This document shows positions 62,101-64,000 of a stretch of 64,000 nt of DNA, in pieces. Numbering within the stretch: the first letter of the stretch is position 1; the number at the start of each line of letters is the position of its first letter. The stretch is from Hypanus sabinus. Its lineage: Eukaryota. Under the pieces are notes generated by a model. The model worked only from the letters and a program-made list of their open reading frames with translations. It was not told the DNA's origin and searched no databases. A program made the translations under genes and the position numbers. The stretch covers positions 2,852,001 to 2,916,000 of the forward strand of contig NC_082730.1 of NCBI RefSeq assembly GCF_030144855.1. The letters are read 5' to 3'.

Positions 62101-63059
62101 GTATGCAGGGCCATTAATATTATCAAGGATCCCACTCATACACCCAGCTTCCTCTTTGACTTTACACCATTAGGCAGGAACCGCCGGTGCATAAAAACAA
62201 GAACAGTCAGAATGGGTAAACAGCTTCTGAACTCCCTGCCATATCACATCTGACGTTTCACTACTAACTTGTTCTGTCCCTTACAATATTTAATGTATGC
62301 CTTTAATTTGTTCATTTATGCTTAATTAATTTGTAAATTAAATTTTTATTTTCCAAAGTTATTGTGTATTATATGAATGTTAATTGTACTTATGTGCTTT
62401 ATACCCTGCTCCAGAGAAACATTGTCTTGTTTGACGGCCTACATGGATATAGTTAAATGACAATAAATTCAACTTGACACTCGCTTTCATTCTGGAAAAT
62501 TAGGACAAACCAGTGCTACAAAGCTGGCCCACTTTCCAGTTCAATGACATTTCTGACATTACTCAAAGTATTATGCAACATTTAAACCAGAAAGGATATC
62601 ACCAGGACTGGAGGGTTGAGTTATAAGGAAAAACTAATAGGTGGGGATTTTTTCCCCGAGACCATTGGAGGCTGAGGAGTGACCTTGCAGAGATATGTAA
62701 ACTCATGAGGAGTGTAACTAATGTGGATGGTCACAGCTCTTTTCCCAGAGGAGAGGAGGAGAATTGAGAGGCCATAGATTTCAGGTGAGAGGGGGCAACA
62801 TTGTGTGTTCACATCAAGTCAAGTCACTTTTATTGTCATTTCGACCATAACTGCTGCTACAGTACGCAGTAAAAATTAGACAACTTTTTTCAGGACCATG
62901 GTGTTACATGACATGGTACAAAAACTAGACTGAACTATGTAAAAAACAACACAGAAAAAAAACTACACTGGACTACAGACCTACCTAGGGCTGCATAAAG
63001 TGCACAAAACAGTGCAGGCATTACAATAAATAATAAACAAGACATTAGGTCAGTAAGTT

Positions 63060-64000
63060 GTCAGTCCAGGCTCTGGGTATGGAGGAGTCTAATAGTTTGG
63101 GGGAAAGAAACTGTTACATAGTCTGGTCGTGAGAGTCCGAATGCTTCGGTGCCTTTTCCCAGATGGCAGGAGGGAGAAGAGTTTGTATGAGGGGTGTGTG
63201 GGATCCATTATAATGCTGTTTGCTTTGCAGATGCAGCATGCAGTGTAAATGTCCGTAATGGCAGGAAGAGAGACCCTGATGATCTTCTCAGCTGACCTCA
63301 CTATCCGCTGCAGGGTCTTGAAATCCGAGATGGTGCAATTTCCGAACTAGGCAGTGATGCAGCTGCTCAGAATGCTCTCAATACAACCCCTGTAGAATGT
63401 GATGAGGATGGGGGTGGGAGATGGACTTTCCTCAACCTTTGCAGAAAGTAGAGATGCTGCTGGGCTTTCTTTGCTATGGAGCTGGTGTTGAGGGGCCAGG
63501 TGAAATTCTCCACCAAGTGAACACCAAGAAATTTGGTGCTCTTCAAGATCTCAACGGAGGAGCTGTCGATGTTCAGTGGGGAGTGGTCGCTTCATGCCTT
63601 CCTGAAGTCAACAACCATCTCTTTTGTTTTGTTCACATTCAAAGACAGGTTGTTGGCTCTGCACCAGTCCGTTAGCCGCTGAACCTCCTCTCTGCAAGCT
63701 GACTCGTCGTTCTTGCTGATGAGACCCACCATGGTCGTTTCACCGGCAAACCTGATGATGTGGTTTGAGCTGTGTTGGAGCACAGTCATGGGTCAGCAGA
63801 GTGAACGGCAGTGGATTGAGCACACAGCCCTGGGGTGGGGGGGGGGGCCCACTGTCCTCAGTGTGATGTTGTTGGAGATGCTGCTCCCAATCCGGACTGA
63901 CTGAGGTCTCCCAGTCAGGAAGTCTAGGATCCAGTTGCAGAGGGAGGTGTTCAGTCCCAGTAGGTTCAGCTTTCCAATCAGTTTCTGAGGAATGATTGTG
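63060..64000 (-). mobile_element. L2/Rex-Babar-type LINE RT 3' region
   Basis: IIRFAGETTMVGLIS...LSLNVNKTKEMVVDFRK, the canonical KFADDTT region. Confidence 0.8.

Overview
Repeat-dense vertebrate genomic DNA. The mix of CR1, L2/Rex-Babar, Tx1, Penelope and Gypsy families suggests a cartilaginous fish, probably a ray (inference). No prokaryotic features, CRISPR arrays, tRNA or rRNA genes were seen. Among the transposon relics is one minus-strand, multi-exon CD2/SLAM-family-like Ig receptor locus. It has two IgV+IgC2 exon pairs (V 44583-44903 with C2 40462-40731; V 27768-28088 with C2 21188-21457), but only one clear transmembrane exon (2794-2961) and candidate cytoplasmic exons (2155-2540). 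The four Ig exons and the TM exon are all phase 1-1 with GT-AG sites. The two V-C2 pairs come from a 16-19 kb tandem duplication that copied no TM or leader exon I could find. A much older third copy, with no recognisable V or C2 exon left, survives as intron relics at 12570-18620. The duplicated exons are more diverged than adjacent intron, mostly at non-synonymous sites. The downstream V exon looks chimeric and is preceded by a 247-bp partial duplicate with its own splice acceptor. No leader exon was found in the window. Transposon boundaries are approximate unless a TSD is cited. All alignments and difference counts were done by eye.
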